NCBI GenBank assembly: GCA_950097015.1
Contig: CATNEN010000029.1
Location: 4,960,001 to 5,024,000 of the forward strand
DNA from: Macrostomum hystrix
Taxonomy: Eukaryota > Animalia > Platyhelminthes
Length of the DNA stretch: 64,000 nt
Direction: 5' to 3'
Shown: positions 39,801 through 52,911 of the stretch, one piece after another
Layout: each line of letters starts with the position of its first letter
How positions within the stretch are numbered: position 1 is the first letter of the stretch
Translations under genes and position numbers: made by a program
The notes under the pieces: model-generated
Told to the model about the DNA's origin: nothing
Databases searched by the model: none
The model's input: only the letters and a program-made list of their open reading frames with translations

Positions 39801-42800
39801 CTAATCCGATATGGGTTAATCCCTAATCCGATAGGGGTTAATACCTAATCCGATATGGGTTAATCCCTAATCCGATATGGGTTAATACCTAATCCGATAT
39901 GGGTTAATCCCTAATCCGATATGGGTTAATCCATAATCCCTAAATTTGAATCATCCCGGATCGCCAAAACTCTGATCATCCGATCGATTGCCCAAGCACG
40001 TCAGATTCGCACCTGGAAGCGGCAGCCGCTTCGGCTAGTCGACGAAATCTTCTAAACATCTCTTCAGCCGGGGCATTGTCGCGCACTGCAAGGTCGGCCC
40101 GCAGCTCCGGCACTCTGACAGCCAGAGCTTCCAGATCTGAGCGCGACACCTTCGGCAGGCCGGCGTCGAGGAGCTCGGGCGGCTTGTCGGCGAAGCTGAA
40201 GCTGCGATAAGCCAGCGAAGTAAAGAGAGACCGGAGCAGGTGGCCTCGCAGGGTCTGGGCCAAGTCCTTGCGCACCTTGCGCTCGCGATTGTGAAACTTC
40301 ATCGAGTCTGCCGACAGACTGCGAGTCCACTGCGGAGCGAGTGTTTTAGGTTGCTATGGCGACATTTCAAAGCAATCCTTTCACGTTTTTTAGTATAAAA
40401 CTTAATTGGCCCTCGAAATCAAGGTGGAGATTTTTTAGGGTGATTTTTTAGAATCAATCTAGGTTGAGATGTTGAGCATTACTAATAATAATAATAATTG
40501 CAGAAGAGCTGCCCGTTTCGCTGACTCCTGAGCACACATGCACACAGATTCTGTACGCAGGCACACGCTCACACAGGTGTGTACATCAGCCCTGACTTTC
40601 TCATCGTCAGGCAGTGTACACTTTCACTGTGCCTCGGAGGTTGGCCCTCAAGGGCGTAAATTGCACGACAAGCCCCCAAGCCTTCTCTCCGCGGCTGCGC
40701 CCCAAATAAATATGGCTTCGCCGCGGAATCGAGCTCAGGGACCTTGGCGCGAGAGGCAAAAGCGTTAACCGCTTAAAGCGTTAACTCTGCTACTGACCCC
40801 CCTTTTTAGTATCAATCTAGAAGACTATCAAACTTCATATTCGAGCAGGAACTCGATCTAATAAAACCAATAAACGGCCACCAACCTCATTATATTTGTG
40901 CGCAAACGACCTTCGCCGAACAATCTCAGCCAGAGCCAGGGCGTACAGCTTCGGCGAGCGTTCTGCCTGCTGTAGTAGGTCGTGAGCTCGAAGACTTCGC
41001 TGAACTTGGCTCTTTAATAAGTTGACGCGGTACTTGTTGTGACTGTAGTCGAGCTGGATTTTGGACAGCCATCTGAATGATTTTAGAAAATTAGATCGTG
41101 GCATTAAACACAACAGTGGATTATTGTTTAATTTCGTACATAAAAACGGAACAGCAGGCTTATAACTCTGTAGAATAATTAGATATTCCCAGATTTGGGA
41201 TTCGGTAGAATAGTTAGATATCCCAAGATTTGGGATTCTCTCGGGCATTTAAATATCCCAATATTCGAGATTCTTTGAAAAAATAAGATATCCCAAAACA
41301 TGGTAATCTGTGGATTATCGACGCATCCCTATATTTGGGATTCTCAAGGGATCAGAAAAGGGGTCGCGCAGAATCACCCAGAATATCTTGGTACTCACTT
41401 GAGTCGCCTGTGCAAATTAGCGGTGAACTCCTCCTTAGACCGCAGAATCCGCAGCCGTTTATCTCGAAGGGCCTCGTGCCGCTTGGCCATGTCCTGCAGC
41501 TGGGCCCGATGCGAGGCGCACAGATCGGCCAGCATGCCGGAGTCGCCGCGCAGGCTGAACCAGCGCTCCTGATTGGCCCGGAAGCCTTTAGCCGACTCGA
41601 CCTGCTCGGCCAATAGGTGCTGCGCCTCCTCGGCCAGGCGGTTGAGCTCTAGCAGCCGGTCCTCGAGTCCGCGCACCTCTCGATAAGACGCGTCCCTCGA
41701 CCTAGCGATGCATTTGCGATACTCGTCATTTAGCTGCTCAACTGAGGCTGATTGAATAGTCCGCAGGCCCTGCTCAAGGGCGTCCCGGACCCGGTGAAGA
41801 CCGCTGCCGCCGCCGCCTCCGCCGGCGGCCTCCTCGGCAGTCCGCTCTCCGCCGTCGTGCGATGAAATCCAAGCCAGCAGACAGACCTCGCCTGAACTAG
41901 TCGGCTGCAGGTGGGCTGGCGATGAAGGCGAAGTCGCGTCGGCTGCTGAGTCGTCTTCGGCGACCACCTGGCATGCGATCGACGATTGTAATTTTTGCTG
42001 GAAGAGCGATACTGAGCTTGGGGATTTGGGAGCTGGGAGAGCGATACTGAGCTTGGGGATTTGGGAGCTGGAAGAGCGATACTGAGCTTGGGGATTTGGG
42101 AGCTGGGAGAGCGATACTGAGCTTGGGGATTTGGGAGCTGGGAGAGCGATACTGAGCTAGGGGATTTGGGAGCTGGGAGAGCGATACTGAGCTTGGGGAT
42201 TTGGGAGCTGGAAGAGCGATACTGAGCTTGGGGATTTGGGAGCTGGGAGAGCGATACTGAGCTTGGGGATTTGGGAGCTGGGAGAGCGATACTGAGCTAG
42301 GGGATTTGGGAGCTGGGAGAGCGATACTGAGCTTGGGGATTTGGGAGCTGGGAGAGCGATAGTAAGCTTCGGGAGCTGGGAGAGCGATACTGAGCTAGGG
42401 GATTTGGGAGCTGGGAGAGCGATAGTAAGCTTCGGGAGCTGGGAGAGCTATAGTAAGCTTCGGGAGCTGGGAGAGCGATACTAAGTTAAGGGATTTGGGA
42501 GCTGGGAGAGCGATACTGAGCTAGGGGATTTGGGAGCTGGGAGAGCGATAGTAAGCTTCGGGAGCTGGGAGAGCGATACTAAGTTAAGGGATTTGGGAGC
42601 TGGGAGAGCGATACTGAGCTTGGGGATTTGGGAGCTGGGAGAGCGATACTGAGCTTGGGGATTTGGGAGCTGGGAGAGCAATACGGAGTTAGAAGATTTT
42701 GGACAAATAGACTGAGTCTGGGGATCTGGATTCTAATGGTTAGTATTTCCGTGAGTTTTATACAGAATCTTTCTCTGAATGTGAGCGAATCTGAATGACA

Positions 42801-45373
42801 ACTTTATTTAGGCGCATGCTTAGCCAGGGAACTCAGTGAGCTCACTCACAAGAACCTCATCATCGCCGGCGGCGCCGCTTCTACCAGTTGGCGTAGGTGG
42901 CGTCGACAAAGCGTCCTCTTCATTCTTCTCGGCACTCGGCGACGCCTCAGCTGTTCCAGTTGATGAAGACGTTCTCCTGGGACGGAATCGACCGGAGCTG
43001 GCGCTGCTGCGGCGACGCTGCTGTTGCTGCTGTTGCTGCGGAAGCAAACTAGGATGCACCGGCACACGACTTAGCAGGGCCAGACTGGCTTCAAATCCGT
43101 CTAAGCTGGCTCGCATATCCTGCTGACGATCTAGAAAATCCGTAGCCCTCAACATGAACTCTTCGTGCTCGGGTCGGCCGCGCAGCATCAGCTCGTCCAG
43201 GTTAGCCAGGGTGGCCAGCCAGCCCTGGTGCAGCAGGTGCTGATCCCGTACCAACGACTGGGCCTGGTCACACTCCTGCTGACCGAGTGAGGACAGCTCC
43301 TGCACGGTTTGGTTCATTGAACTCCTTTATTGAGCTTATTGATCCATTTATTGTCAATAACGAATTATAAAATACTAGCTACTGAATATCCTCATAATAG
43401 ATCCCGCAATCCAGTCTACTAGGATCTAGGATAAGGATTGTCAGTAGGATCTAGGATGGTTAGTAGGATTGTAGGATCTAAGATCTGGATGGTCAGTAGG
43501 ATTGTAGGATTGTGGGATCTAAGATGGTCAGTAGGATTGTAGGATTGTGGGATCTAAGATGGTCATTAGGATTATAGGATCTAGGATCTAGGATGGTCAG
43601 TAGGATTGTAGAATCTAGGATCTAAGATGGTCAGTAGGATTCTAGAATCAAGGATCTAAGATGGTCAGTAGGATTGTAGAATCTAGGATCTAAGATGGTC
43701 AGTAGGATTCTAGAATCAAGGATCTAAGATGGTCAGTAGGATTGTAGAATCTAGGATCTAAGATGGTCAGTAGGATTGTAGAATCTAGGATCTAAGATGG
43801 TCAGTAGGATTCTAGAATCAAGGATGGTCAGTAGGATTGTAGGATCTAGGATCTAAGATGGTTAGTAGGTTTGTAGGATCTAGGATCTAAGATGGTCAGT
43901 AGGATTGTAGGATCTAGGATCTAAGATGGTCAGTAGGATTGTAGGATCTAGGATCTAAGATGGTCAGTAGGATTGTAGGATCTAGGATCTAAGATGGTCA
44001 GTAGGATTGTAGGATCTAGGATCTAAGATGGTCAGTAGGATTGTAGGATCTAGGATCTAAGATGGTCAGTAGGATTCTAGAATCAAGGATCTAAGATGGT
44101 CAGTAGGATTGTAGAATCTAGGATCTAAGATGGTCAGTAGGATTGTAGGATTGTGGGATCTAAGATGGTCAGTAGGATTGTAGGATTGTGGGATCTAAGA
44201 TGGTCATTAGGATTATAGGATCTAGGATCTAGGATGGTCAGTAGGATTGTAGAATCTAGGATCTAAGATGGTCAGTAGGATTGTAGAATCTAGGATCTAA
44301 GATGGTCAGTAGGATTCTAGAATCAAGGATCTAAGATGGTCAGTAGGATTGTAGAATCTAGGATCTAAGATGGTCAGTAGGATTGTAGAATCTAGGATCT
44401 AAGATGGTCAGTAGGATTCTAGAATCAAGGATGGTCAGTAGGATTGTAGGATCTAGGATCTAAGATGGTCAGTAGGATTGTAGGATCTAGGATCTAAGAT
44501 GGTCAGTAGGATTCTAGAATCAAGGATGGTCAGTAGGATTGTAGGATCTAGGATCTAAGTTGGTCAGTAGGATTGTAGGATCTAGGATCTAAGATGGTCA
44601 TTAGGATTATAGGATCTAGGATCTAGGATGGTTAGTAGGATTGTAGGATCTAGGATCTAAGATTGTTAGTAGGTTTGTAGGATCTAGGATCTAAGATGGT
44701 CAGTAGGATTGCGAGATCTAGGATCAGAATATTCGGTAGGATTCGATAGACCACTAGGCCTCTTTAGTTGTTAGATCCTACTAATTCTCTAGGCCACCTG
44801 AGCCTACCTCGGCAAGTGTCACCCGCTGTCGCAGACAATCAATCGAAGCCGATAACTCCACAGCCTTCCTGACGCGTTCGCAGATGTCTGAAAGCCTGGC
44901 TGCCAGAGTGCTGGCTGCTGGCGCTCTGTCACTACGGATGCTGTCCATGTTGAATAGAAAGATTGGATTGCACGGATCCTGAAAAGTTAATTTAACGCTA
45001 CTGAATGTTCTCGCGTACAATGGGCACACGAATAGCTAACAATGTAATAGGCAAATACTAACCAGTCCGACATGATACTGTTCAACAAGATTTTCGCCCT
45101 GCATGTAGGCGCCTCCGGAGGCTAGCAGAACCTGATTGGCAATTGGCACATTCACTACAGACTGCAGCTCCTCTTGAAACTGGGTGATACTACAATGAAA
45201 ATGGTTGTAACGCAACAATTAGAGCACTAAAATTACAATAGAATTATACATAGAATAGATACAAAGAAGCAATAATAGATAAAGGGAACTTACCTTTTCT
45301 TTAAAAAGCTTATATCCACCATGTGCATTGTGCCATTGTCCATCAGGAAAACGAAAATAGCTTCTCTGTTCAT
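32413..45373 (-). CDS. RB1CC1: RB1-inducible coiled-coil 1 / FIP200 / Atg11 (autophagy scaffold), 1398 aa; exons 45373-45294, 45189-45063, 44978-44808, 43299-42850, 41967-41399, 41072-40886, 40329-40013, 39484-39095, 39006-38328, 37860-37610, 35835-35013, 32565-32413
   Basis: All phases are compatible (4197 nt, 1399 codons). N-terminal IFVFLMDNG..ANQVLLASGG..NPIFLFN, HLLHQGWLATLANL, EIVRRRSF, long coiled coil, and a C-terminal claw domain FRKGDTVL..LYFVK..KEHCQTRK|FPNRFRLQMGTRFYR. Confidence 0.93.
32780..33527. repeat. 29-bp minisatellite (GACACTATAGAACCATTCTAAGAAAGCTG)n in RB1CC1 last intron
   Basis: About 25 copies. Confidence 0.95.
34345..34920. repeat. 22-bp minisatellite (GGAAACTGACGATTCC[CA/TG]GTTT)n in RB1CC1 last intron
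   Basis: About 26 copies, ending about 90 nt from the donor at 35012. Confidence 0.95.
35935..36932. repeat. 26-bp repeat (GACAAGGACAAACAGATGGATATACT) grading into a (GACA)n/CAGCA compound satellite with higher-order blocks
   Basis: Intron 35836-37609; a second short (GACA)-type patch lies at 37220-37380. Confidence 0.95.
37396..37599 (+). mobile_element. Degraded, internally deleted copy of the second tRNA-SINE family
   Basis: CCTGACGATGAGAAAGTCAG..CCTGTGTGAG..GTGTGCGCGTGTGCTCAGTAGTCAG aligns with 54051-54410. Confidence 0.7.
39675..39942. repeat. 22-bp minisatellite (CCGATATGGGTTAAT[C/A]CCTAAT)n alternating as a 44-bp dimer
   Basis: Regular C/A alternation between consecutive units; RB1CC1 intron 39485-40012. 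Confidence 0.95.
40483..40800 (-). mobile_element. tRNA-derived SINE (second family) with (ATT)n tail
   Basis: Reverse complement begins GGGGGTCAGTAGCAGAGT..GGTTAACGC..GAGCTCGATTCC and ends CTGCAATTATTATTATT; aligns with 54051-54410 and 62155-62450. Confidence 0.85.
42000..42680. repeat. 35-bp minisatellite (GAGCGATACTGAGCTTGGGGATTTGGGAGCTGGGA)n
   Basis: Fills RB1CC1 intron 41968-42849; some shorter variant units. Confidence 0.95.
43430..44725. repeat. 34-bp minisatellite (GGTCAGTAGGATTGTAGGATCTAGGATCTAAGAT)n with a higher-order duplication
   Basis: Fills RB1CC1 intron 43300-44807; a diagnostic variant block recurs 641 bp apart (GGTCATTAGG at 43561 and 44202). Confidence 0.95.
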
Positions 45374-48300
45374 TTTTATAACTCAATTTAGAATAAGTCT
45401 GTAAGATACAAATATATAAGTCATCATATTATACTTTAAACAAAAAATATCTACAAATGTTTGTGATAAATATATAAATTTAAATGGAAAAATTTCTAAG
45501 AAATGCCTTATTTACACAATCAATGCCTTTATATTCTAATGTTTCAGCCAAAATTTCATATTATTCTAAAATTTACTTTTTTTTATATATTTTTTGTTTG
45601 CATGCTAGTCCTGTAATAAAAGCAAACTTTTGTTTATATCACAGATACTAATGACAGGTATTTAGTATGTGTTTTATATTACCAAAAAACTAATAATAAT
45701 AACCATTTTTTTTAATTATATTCATGTATATATTTTACTATATCAACAATATATTTACCAACAATATATATTGAAATAAATAAGTAATAATTTTATTTTT
45801 CTTGCTATTCCAGTGGCCAAGGAAGGGCCTCCTAACCTAAATGTGAACTTAAAATGTCCTTGAATTCAATTAGTTAGGAAAAACTATAATAACAAAAAAT
45901 TTACAAGTCACTTCAAAAATGTTGCTTCAGAAATGTATGCAATGAATATAATTTTTGTTTATTTCACATGGGTCTATTGTTCATAATAAATTAACTGTTG
46001 AACTACTAAATAGAGGGTATTTTTGACAAGTTTTGTGCTACACCTAAACAGAGCAACATAAGCACACATAACTCAAGAACATAGGCCAACTTTTTGTTGC
46101 GCATCTTCTAAATAAGGAATCAAGTCGCCAGCTCTTCAGACCATTGAGGTCTTCAATGGTTCGGGCCAAAGTTGGATTTTTCCCATAATTGCTAGGGTAT
46201 TTAGTACACCCTAATACACAAATAAGCCCTTTGCCTCAGTGTGGCCTAGCCAGGTCTTTAAAAATTTATCAACATTTCATCCAAATGTGTCATCTTTGGA
46301 GGTCACCTACCTTTATCTAGACAGACTGCTGGACCTTCAATGGCTACAACAGGTAGAACTAAGCCACAATGGTACACCCTAAATTTTTCCAATTTCATTG
46401 ATCAGGGCTTTAAAAATATTACATGCAGCTCAACCACAGTATAGGCCCTATAATCATCTAGTTTGTCACCAATCAGTCACCACCCAACACTGTTAGCATT
46501 CAGGTGCTGCCTACAAATTCAGGGAAATATCCCCCTCTGGTTGAAACTGGAAACAAAATAGCTTACTATTAATTGCAGCTATCTTAATATCTAATAATAT
46601 ATAATCTAATTATCATAAACATATAAAAAAACAGAATCATCATTACTATATCTATTCTTAGGAATGTAAGTTTATCCTAGCATTGGCCCCTAAATTAACC
46701 AAATAAAGTGACTTGTATAGCCTAATGTATATAAAACACATTGTCCCTTATTGATTAAAGAAAGTATTCATAAGTTAGGCCCTAGGATGAGATAATCAGC
46801 CAGTCTAAGGTCTGTCAAAACATAAAACCAGCTAATTTCATCACAAAAAGCATAAAAATTATAACAAGCAAATAATAACCAAAAAACATAACTAGTTACT
46901 AGTCTAGTGCAGATACACGAGATTCTTTTTTCAAACAACCCTAACAAAATGTTTTGTTTTAACATTTGTTTAACATAATGCTTTAAGAAAAATAAATAAA
47001 AAGCATAGAAATGCTTAGAATGTAGAAACTTTATATATAGCATTATTAACTAATTTATATTAAAAAGCTGAATAAACAAGATAGTTTAAAAGTTTGTGAG
47101 CCTGATATTATTATAATCATATAATCTTTAATCTATATTCTTCTCAACCAAGTTGAAAAATATTGATATGATATTCCATAAAAACCTTGGGTTCAATTTT
47201 TTTGTATTTTGTACAATAAAGATCAGTAAGTTCATGAGCAATCTGAAAACTAGTGAGCCTGCTTAAGTTCTTGCTACATGTGTGGTTTACAAACTTAGTT
47301 GCTCTGGTAGCTAGAACATTCACTACTTAGGAAAGACCAGACAACACCTGCTCATTCATATTCACAAGTTAGGTCAGAGAACACTGGCTAATGAATATAT
47401 ACATATGTGCAAGAGCTGATAGGGCCTATGACACTGAACATTATAAAAAATTTGACTATACATTTCTATAAGAACAATAACAAACTTAGCTGAATAGAAG
47501 CTATGACTTGTGCAAATTAAGGACCAACAACCTACTCGAAACAATTAGCTTGCTATTTGGGTGCTAGCCAATAGCTGTCAGCTTAAATGTTTTCTAGCTT
47601 ATCAAAAATGTTAGTATTGACAATGTCAAATGTGGGCAATGAAAATGAAATATTAGCATTTCGATTATTAGCTACAATTTAATAATTATATCACGCAGGC
47701 TACATCAGGCCCTACCTGAAATTTATTGATTGAACTTAGAGAAGACAATAAATAAAAATTTTTAGCTCATCAAGGGCCAAGGCTAATATGTCATTCTAAT
47801 TTTTAGCTAGGCCCTAGCAAAAAAAAAATTTGACAATTGTCATCAAATTCATCTATTTATCAAAGTAATTATTATAGCTAGGCCACATTTTCAATGCCAT
47901 AGTCCCCTACGAGTATACCAATACAACTTGATTTTCTGTTATGTTTAAAAAAAGAAAGAGACAAAAACCAAGGAACATTATGTTCAAACGTTTTTTTTCT
48001 TTACATTAGTAATCTGCGAGCACATATTGAAGCACTAGGCCTACAAAATGCTTCGAACTTTAGCTTTTTACTATTTCCACGTTATATGAGAGGGCAGTTC
48101 AAGTATTTAAGTACGTCGTGTCCAAAATAAATAAATAAGCTTTTGAAAACCTTGACATCTCGATCAGCTGATTCTAGAGCACAGGATACAATTATCGTTT
48201 TAAAAAAGTAATAAAACTAAATAATATATTTTTAAAGATCCTGCACATTTTGAGTGCAAATTAGCTTACAAGCTATTTATGTTTTTTGTTTATACTTTGC

Positions 48301-50218
48301 AAAGCGTCAAATTTTTCGGACTCAAAAAGTTTTGTTTTATATATTGTTTTGTTATAAAAATATGTAGATCTAGATAGACAGAAGTCGCGATCATAATCAA
48401 ACTGATTTAATGATCTTCGAATTCAATTATTAGCCCATACCTCAGCAAAATATATCTTAAAATTGATTCAGTGGAACCCAGCACCGCTGCTGCATAGAGA
48501 AAAGTTGCAAAAAAAGAAAACTGCATGGCACGACACACCTCTAGCACGACACACCTGCAGTTCTTTAGCCAGAGTAGTGATGATTCGAAATTTGATTTCG
48601 AAATTCCGAATTTCGATGTCTAAACATGGCTCGAAAAATACTCTTATTGGGTCAATTTTTTCGAAACTTAAATTGAATTGTGCAGGTGTGATTATCCAGA
48701 AAATCATCGTGGTGTGAAAAAGTCAAAGGAAAGACAGCTCTACTGTGCGACGTGAAGGTAACAATTTTGTAACAATTTTGGTTCACAATGTCATCGCTTT
48801 AGAATTCGAGCAGGAATTCATGCTAGGTGGGACTTAATTTGCACATATTGCAGGGACTCAGCGATTGCATATCCAACACGAATCCGAAGAATTAGCTAAT
48901 CCCAATTGTGGACCAGACTTTAAGCATTAGGTAGGAATCACTGCTGGGTCAGTGGGACCCTGAAACTTGCTAATTCGATCTTTATTCCTTAATCATTATA
49001 ACATATAATAATGAAACCCACGGACCATAAACTGTGCAATGGGTATAATAGGATTATCAGGTTCTGATCATGCGCACACGTGTATGTGCATGGGGCCGGT
49101 CAAACATACAATAGCTAAGAACCCATGCAATCCCAGCTTAGCAGATCGCAGCGAGCGAGTACAAATAGAGACAACTGAGCACAAAAAACTAAAATACCAT
49201 GTCAAAGCCAAGAGCTGCAGTTCATTAATTCTTTAATTCAGCTGATAGTCTGTTAGCCACTACTAATTGTAGATTTCGGCAAAGGGATCGCCAGGGGAAA
49301 GATCCCAAGAAGCCCTCCAACAGTGGGATGTTGCTGCACCACCGCAACCATTCAGCTTAACACAAGAAGCGATCAGCTGAGACTGACGAGTTCTCCAGAA
49401 AGGAAAAAAGTTGGTGGGCCGCAAAATACGCAACGATTTCCTCGCCTGGCTACTGTAGCATTTTGCTTGATGGCGATGAGGCCCAGCAGCGCAGTGTGGA
49501 GTCCCGAACTGTTCGGACAGGCTAAATTGTACGTCTTCGTCCCAAACTGCTGAGAAGCTGCTGTTTATTTAATCGAACTTGTATATGCCTTCTAATTTTT
49601 GCAATATTATTCTTATGCTTGCATGCATGCATTACTTGCTTGTATAATATTTAGATAACAGAAATATTTAGATAGCCAATCTCGAACAATTATAATTAGT
49701 GAATGTTTTCGTTATTTTGGTGACTTCAGAAGTTCGAATTTTAATTTAGATATCTATTTTTTTACTTAAAAAATTCCATCGATTTTAAACTCTGAAAATT
49801 CATGTAAAGTTGCTCGCATGGCAAATAAGATGAATAAAAAGGCGAGAATCAATATTTAACGTTTAACGACGCGTTTCGCACGTTTCGTGCATCTTCAGGT
49901 TTATTAAAACGAATGTAGCAAAGTAGAAAAGCGAATAAATAAATTCTCGCCTTTTTAAACTCTGAAAACGATTTCGAGCGATGAAAGCGAGAGAATATAT
50001 TAATCCACCCCGTCGGCAGTGTTAGGCCTCACAAAAAAGCTGGCCACGTATTTTCCTGGTAGAGCGCACGTCCCCCGCATATGCTGATGGGTGAGCAATG
50101 TGACCCTGCGATTGCAGGTAATGGGCATGCTCTAATTATTGTTTAGAATAAGTCCTATTTTTGAGCGGTAGTAGGCGTCCATAACAGGCTATTTGCGCAT
50201 GCAGAATCTGTAGTGACT

Positions 50219-50385
50219 TGCAGCCAGCGCGTGTACGCTGAGTACACCGCGCTGGCAGCTGTCTGTTTAACTGGCTGACTATCATTTCATTGTACGGTGC
50301 AGTCATGTGCAGCCAGCGCGCGTACGCTTAGTACGCCGCGCTGGCAGCCGTCTGTTTAACTGGCTGACTTTTAATTCATTGTTCG
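50219..50385. repeat. 89-bp tandem duplication, each unit carrying a GC-rich hairpin
   Basis: GCCAGCGCG-TGTAC-GCTGA-GTACA-C-CGCGCTGGC and GCCAGCGCG-CGTAC-GCTTA-GTACG-C-CGCGCTGGC. Confidence 0.85.
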
Positions 50386-52365
50386 CTCTATTTTATCACC
50401 CCCTAATCCTTACACCCAACGTGCCGTCGCATAAAATATATATCGCTGTTCTCAGGAGCGTGGAGCTCTGACAGTTTCGTTTCATTTCTAAATACCACCA
50501 GTCTAGAGTTATTTCAGAATCATAAACGAGTTCGTGGTTCGCTCGTAGCTCGTTTAGTCCCGCGGCCACGGCTCGTAAGTGACTCTTAAAGTCGCTGTCA
50601 TCACATGAAACACATTAATTCTGGTATAGACTGTCGTTTCAGCTGGACCCTGATCTATACAGACAGGCCATCGTTCCTATACCTCTTCAGTGTGTTGATG
50701 ACGACGCATGCAAGGACAACTGGTCCTTGTGACCAAGACCGACGCTAATTAAGAGCCACTTATACTCCCGATCGACTTTATAGCAATTAATTAAGAATCT
50801 GAGATGATTTTTGCTGTTTTGCCTTTGTGGGCTCGAAAACTGCAAAACGCTGCCGCGGTGTTGTACAACGGGTGAATTCGTCGAGTAGAGTGCGATCCCC
50901 TTTACACGCAATATGCTTAATTCTCAGATCAGCGATGCAGGGCGGTGATGCCGTTGATGCGCCTGATGATGTCATGAGATCAATTCTTCGTACTTTAATG
51001 TGACCCCCAGTTGGGTTGCCTCGAAGATTCTTAAGTGCCCCACGCAGACCCATGCTTTCTTTTCACCCTCGAGAAATAAAGCGACTAAGAAAGGACTGAC
51101 TTAAACATAGTTCGCTACAATGTATATGGTGTTGGGCATAATTCTTTATATATCCAGAAGGTTCTTGTTTATATACAGTTTAAAATCTGGAGCCTGAGTG
51201 CCTTCAGCTAGCTGATAAGGACTGAAACGCGCGGTCGCGCGACGGTGTATTCCAGCGCTAAGGTGCTTCTCGTTGTGACAGTGATCAATTGCGGGTAACA
51301 GAAATATAGTCGTTGAGGCTGTTTTTTAAGTAAAGTCCCATATATATGGCTGTATTGTGAAAAAATCTCTTTATCAAGGCAAACTGCTCTGTAGGTGCGC
51401 AGGGAAAACAATTATAAAGCTTAAAATAAATTCGTGGTGCTGATGCTGTTTAAGGACTACTAAATTAAAGATCTACTAAAGTACTACAAAACAGTATGCA
51501 TAATATACGTCTTTAGTAGTCCTCGATGTTGTTCACCCGGCCAGTGTGAAATTTTAACATTGTCACAGGGTCACATTGCTGACCCATCGACTAAAGCAAG
51601 TAATAATACTGCAGGACACGAGTCACTATCCGGCAACATTTTATTCGTGTTTAAATTAAACGGATAAATAAAAATAAAATATCCTATTTAGTGCCGCTTT
51701 ATATTTACATAATAGAAAAATATATTTCCCTAAACAAATATATATTTATATCTTCTGAATAAACAGCAGTCGAAAATAAGGTTTTTATTTAAAAATTGCT
51801 GCGTATTACTGTTGAATATACGTCACCGCGTTTAAATTGAAATAGAAAATACATTTTTCGTCAAATCAAACGTACAGTCTGGATATAGATCCCAGTGACT
51901 AAATTATATTACTGCATTTTTAACTTTAACAGTTGCTGCATTTTTATTATGGCATCATCCAGCAAGTAAGCACTATAAATTTCAGCTTATTGTGTGCATC
52001 AATTATCCTGTTATATTTCTTTTTTCTTTGCAGTATTGTTGATATCTAGTGGTTCTTATACTTATAAACGAATGCTAAATCCATCTTGCTTACTGCATAC
52101 GCTTGTTTGTTAACTTAATAGACATTAGTGACATTTCCTTAAATAATTAATGCTGCATTGAAAGTTTACTTACAAGTTTGAAATGGCTTTAAAACAGTTT
52201 TTTATCTTTCCTTTTTCTTACTGTTCCCTTTTTGTTATTTTGAATAGTGCCCATGGAGTAATGGCGAATGTATTATTATTATTTTAGATTTATGTATATA
52301 ACTTTGGCCAATCGGTTTTTACCAACATTAAACCAACATTAAAATATACATACACTGGAGTGGGG

Positions 52366-52911
52366 CCATAGTCCGGATCATGCTGGACTTACGCGGAGGA
52401 AAAATCCAACATTTTTGGCACTTACGCCAGACTTACGCCAACCAAAAAAAGGTCCCTCTGACTTACGCCACTCAAAAAAAGGTCCTTCACAAATCATGTT
52501 AATCGGTGATTAATTAAATTCAGAAGTTGCAACTGTTTAAAAATCTCACAAGTTGCAAATTCTGAATCAAGTATCAAAGTAAGCATCTTAAAGCTAAAAA
52601 AACTTTTGCTATCCTACAATAGATATTCTGCTATCTCATTTATATGAACTGCAATATTTTAATGAACTTTGTTTTAATGCTGCTCCTAATTAACGCAAAT
52701 GTGTTATGTTCTATAGTGATACATTTGATCGTGAATGATCTCATTTGTGCTAACATTTACGCCACTTGATTTATGCCATGTACTTACGCCAAGCACTTAC
52801 GCCAAGGCACATTTTGGCCTATACTTACGCCAAGCACTTACGCCAGCCTCCGATCCCAAACCAGATTTACGCCGGAGATCTCCGGCATAAACGACATGAT
52901 CCAGACTATGG
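52366..52911. mobile_element. Non-autonomous DNA transposon (MITE, hAT-like by TSD length)
   Basis: 17-bp TIR CCATAGTCCGGATCATG / CATGATCCAGACTATGG (1 mismatch); 8-bp TSD GAGTGGGG (52358-52365, 52912-52919); about 10 subterminal [A/C]TTACGC[C] motifs split between the two ends. Confidence 0.88.

Noticed and set aside
39675-39942. CCCTAA telomere-like hexamers
   Set aside because: Single hexamers inside a 22-bp unit, not a (TTAGGG)n tract.
50687-51411. Short non-repetitive ORFs (50787-51053, 51208-51411) as a possible small gene
   Set aside because: No recognisable homology and no consistent exon chain could be built.
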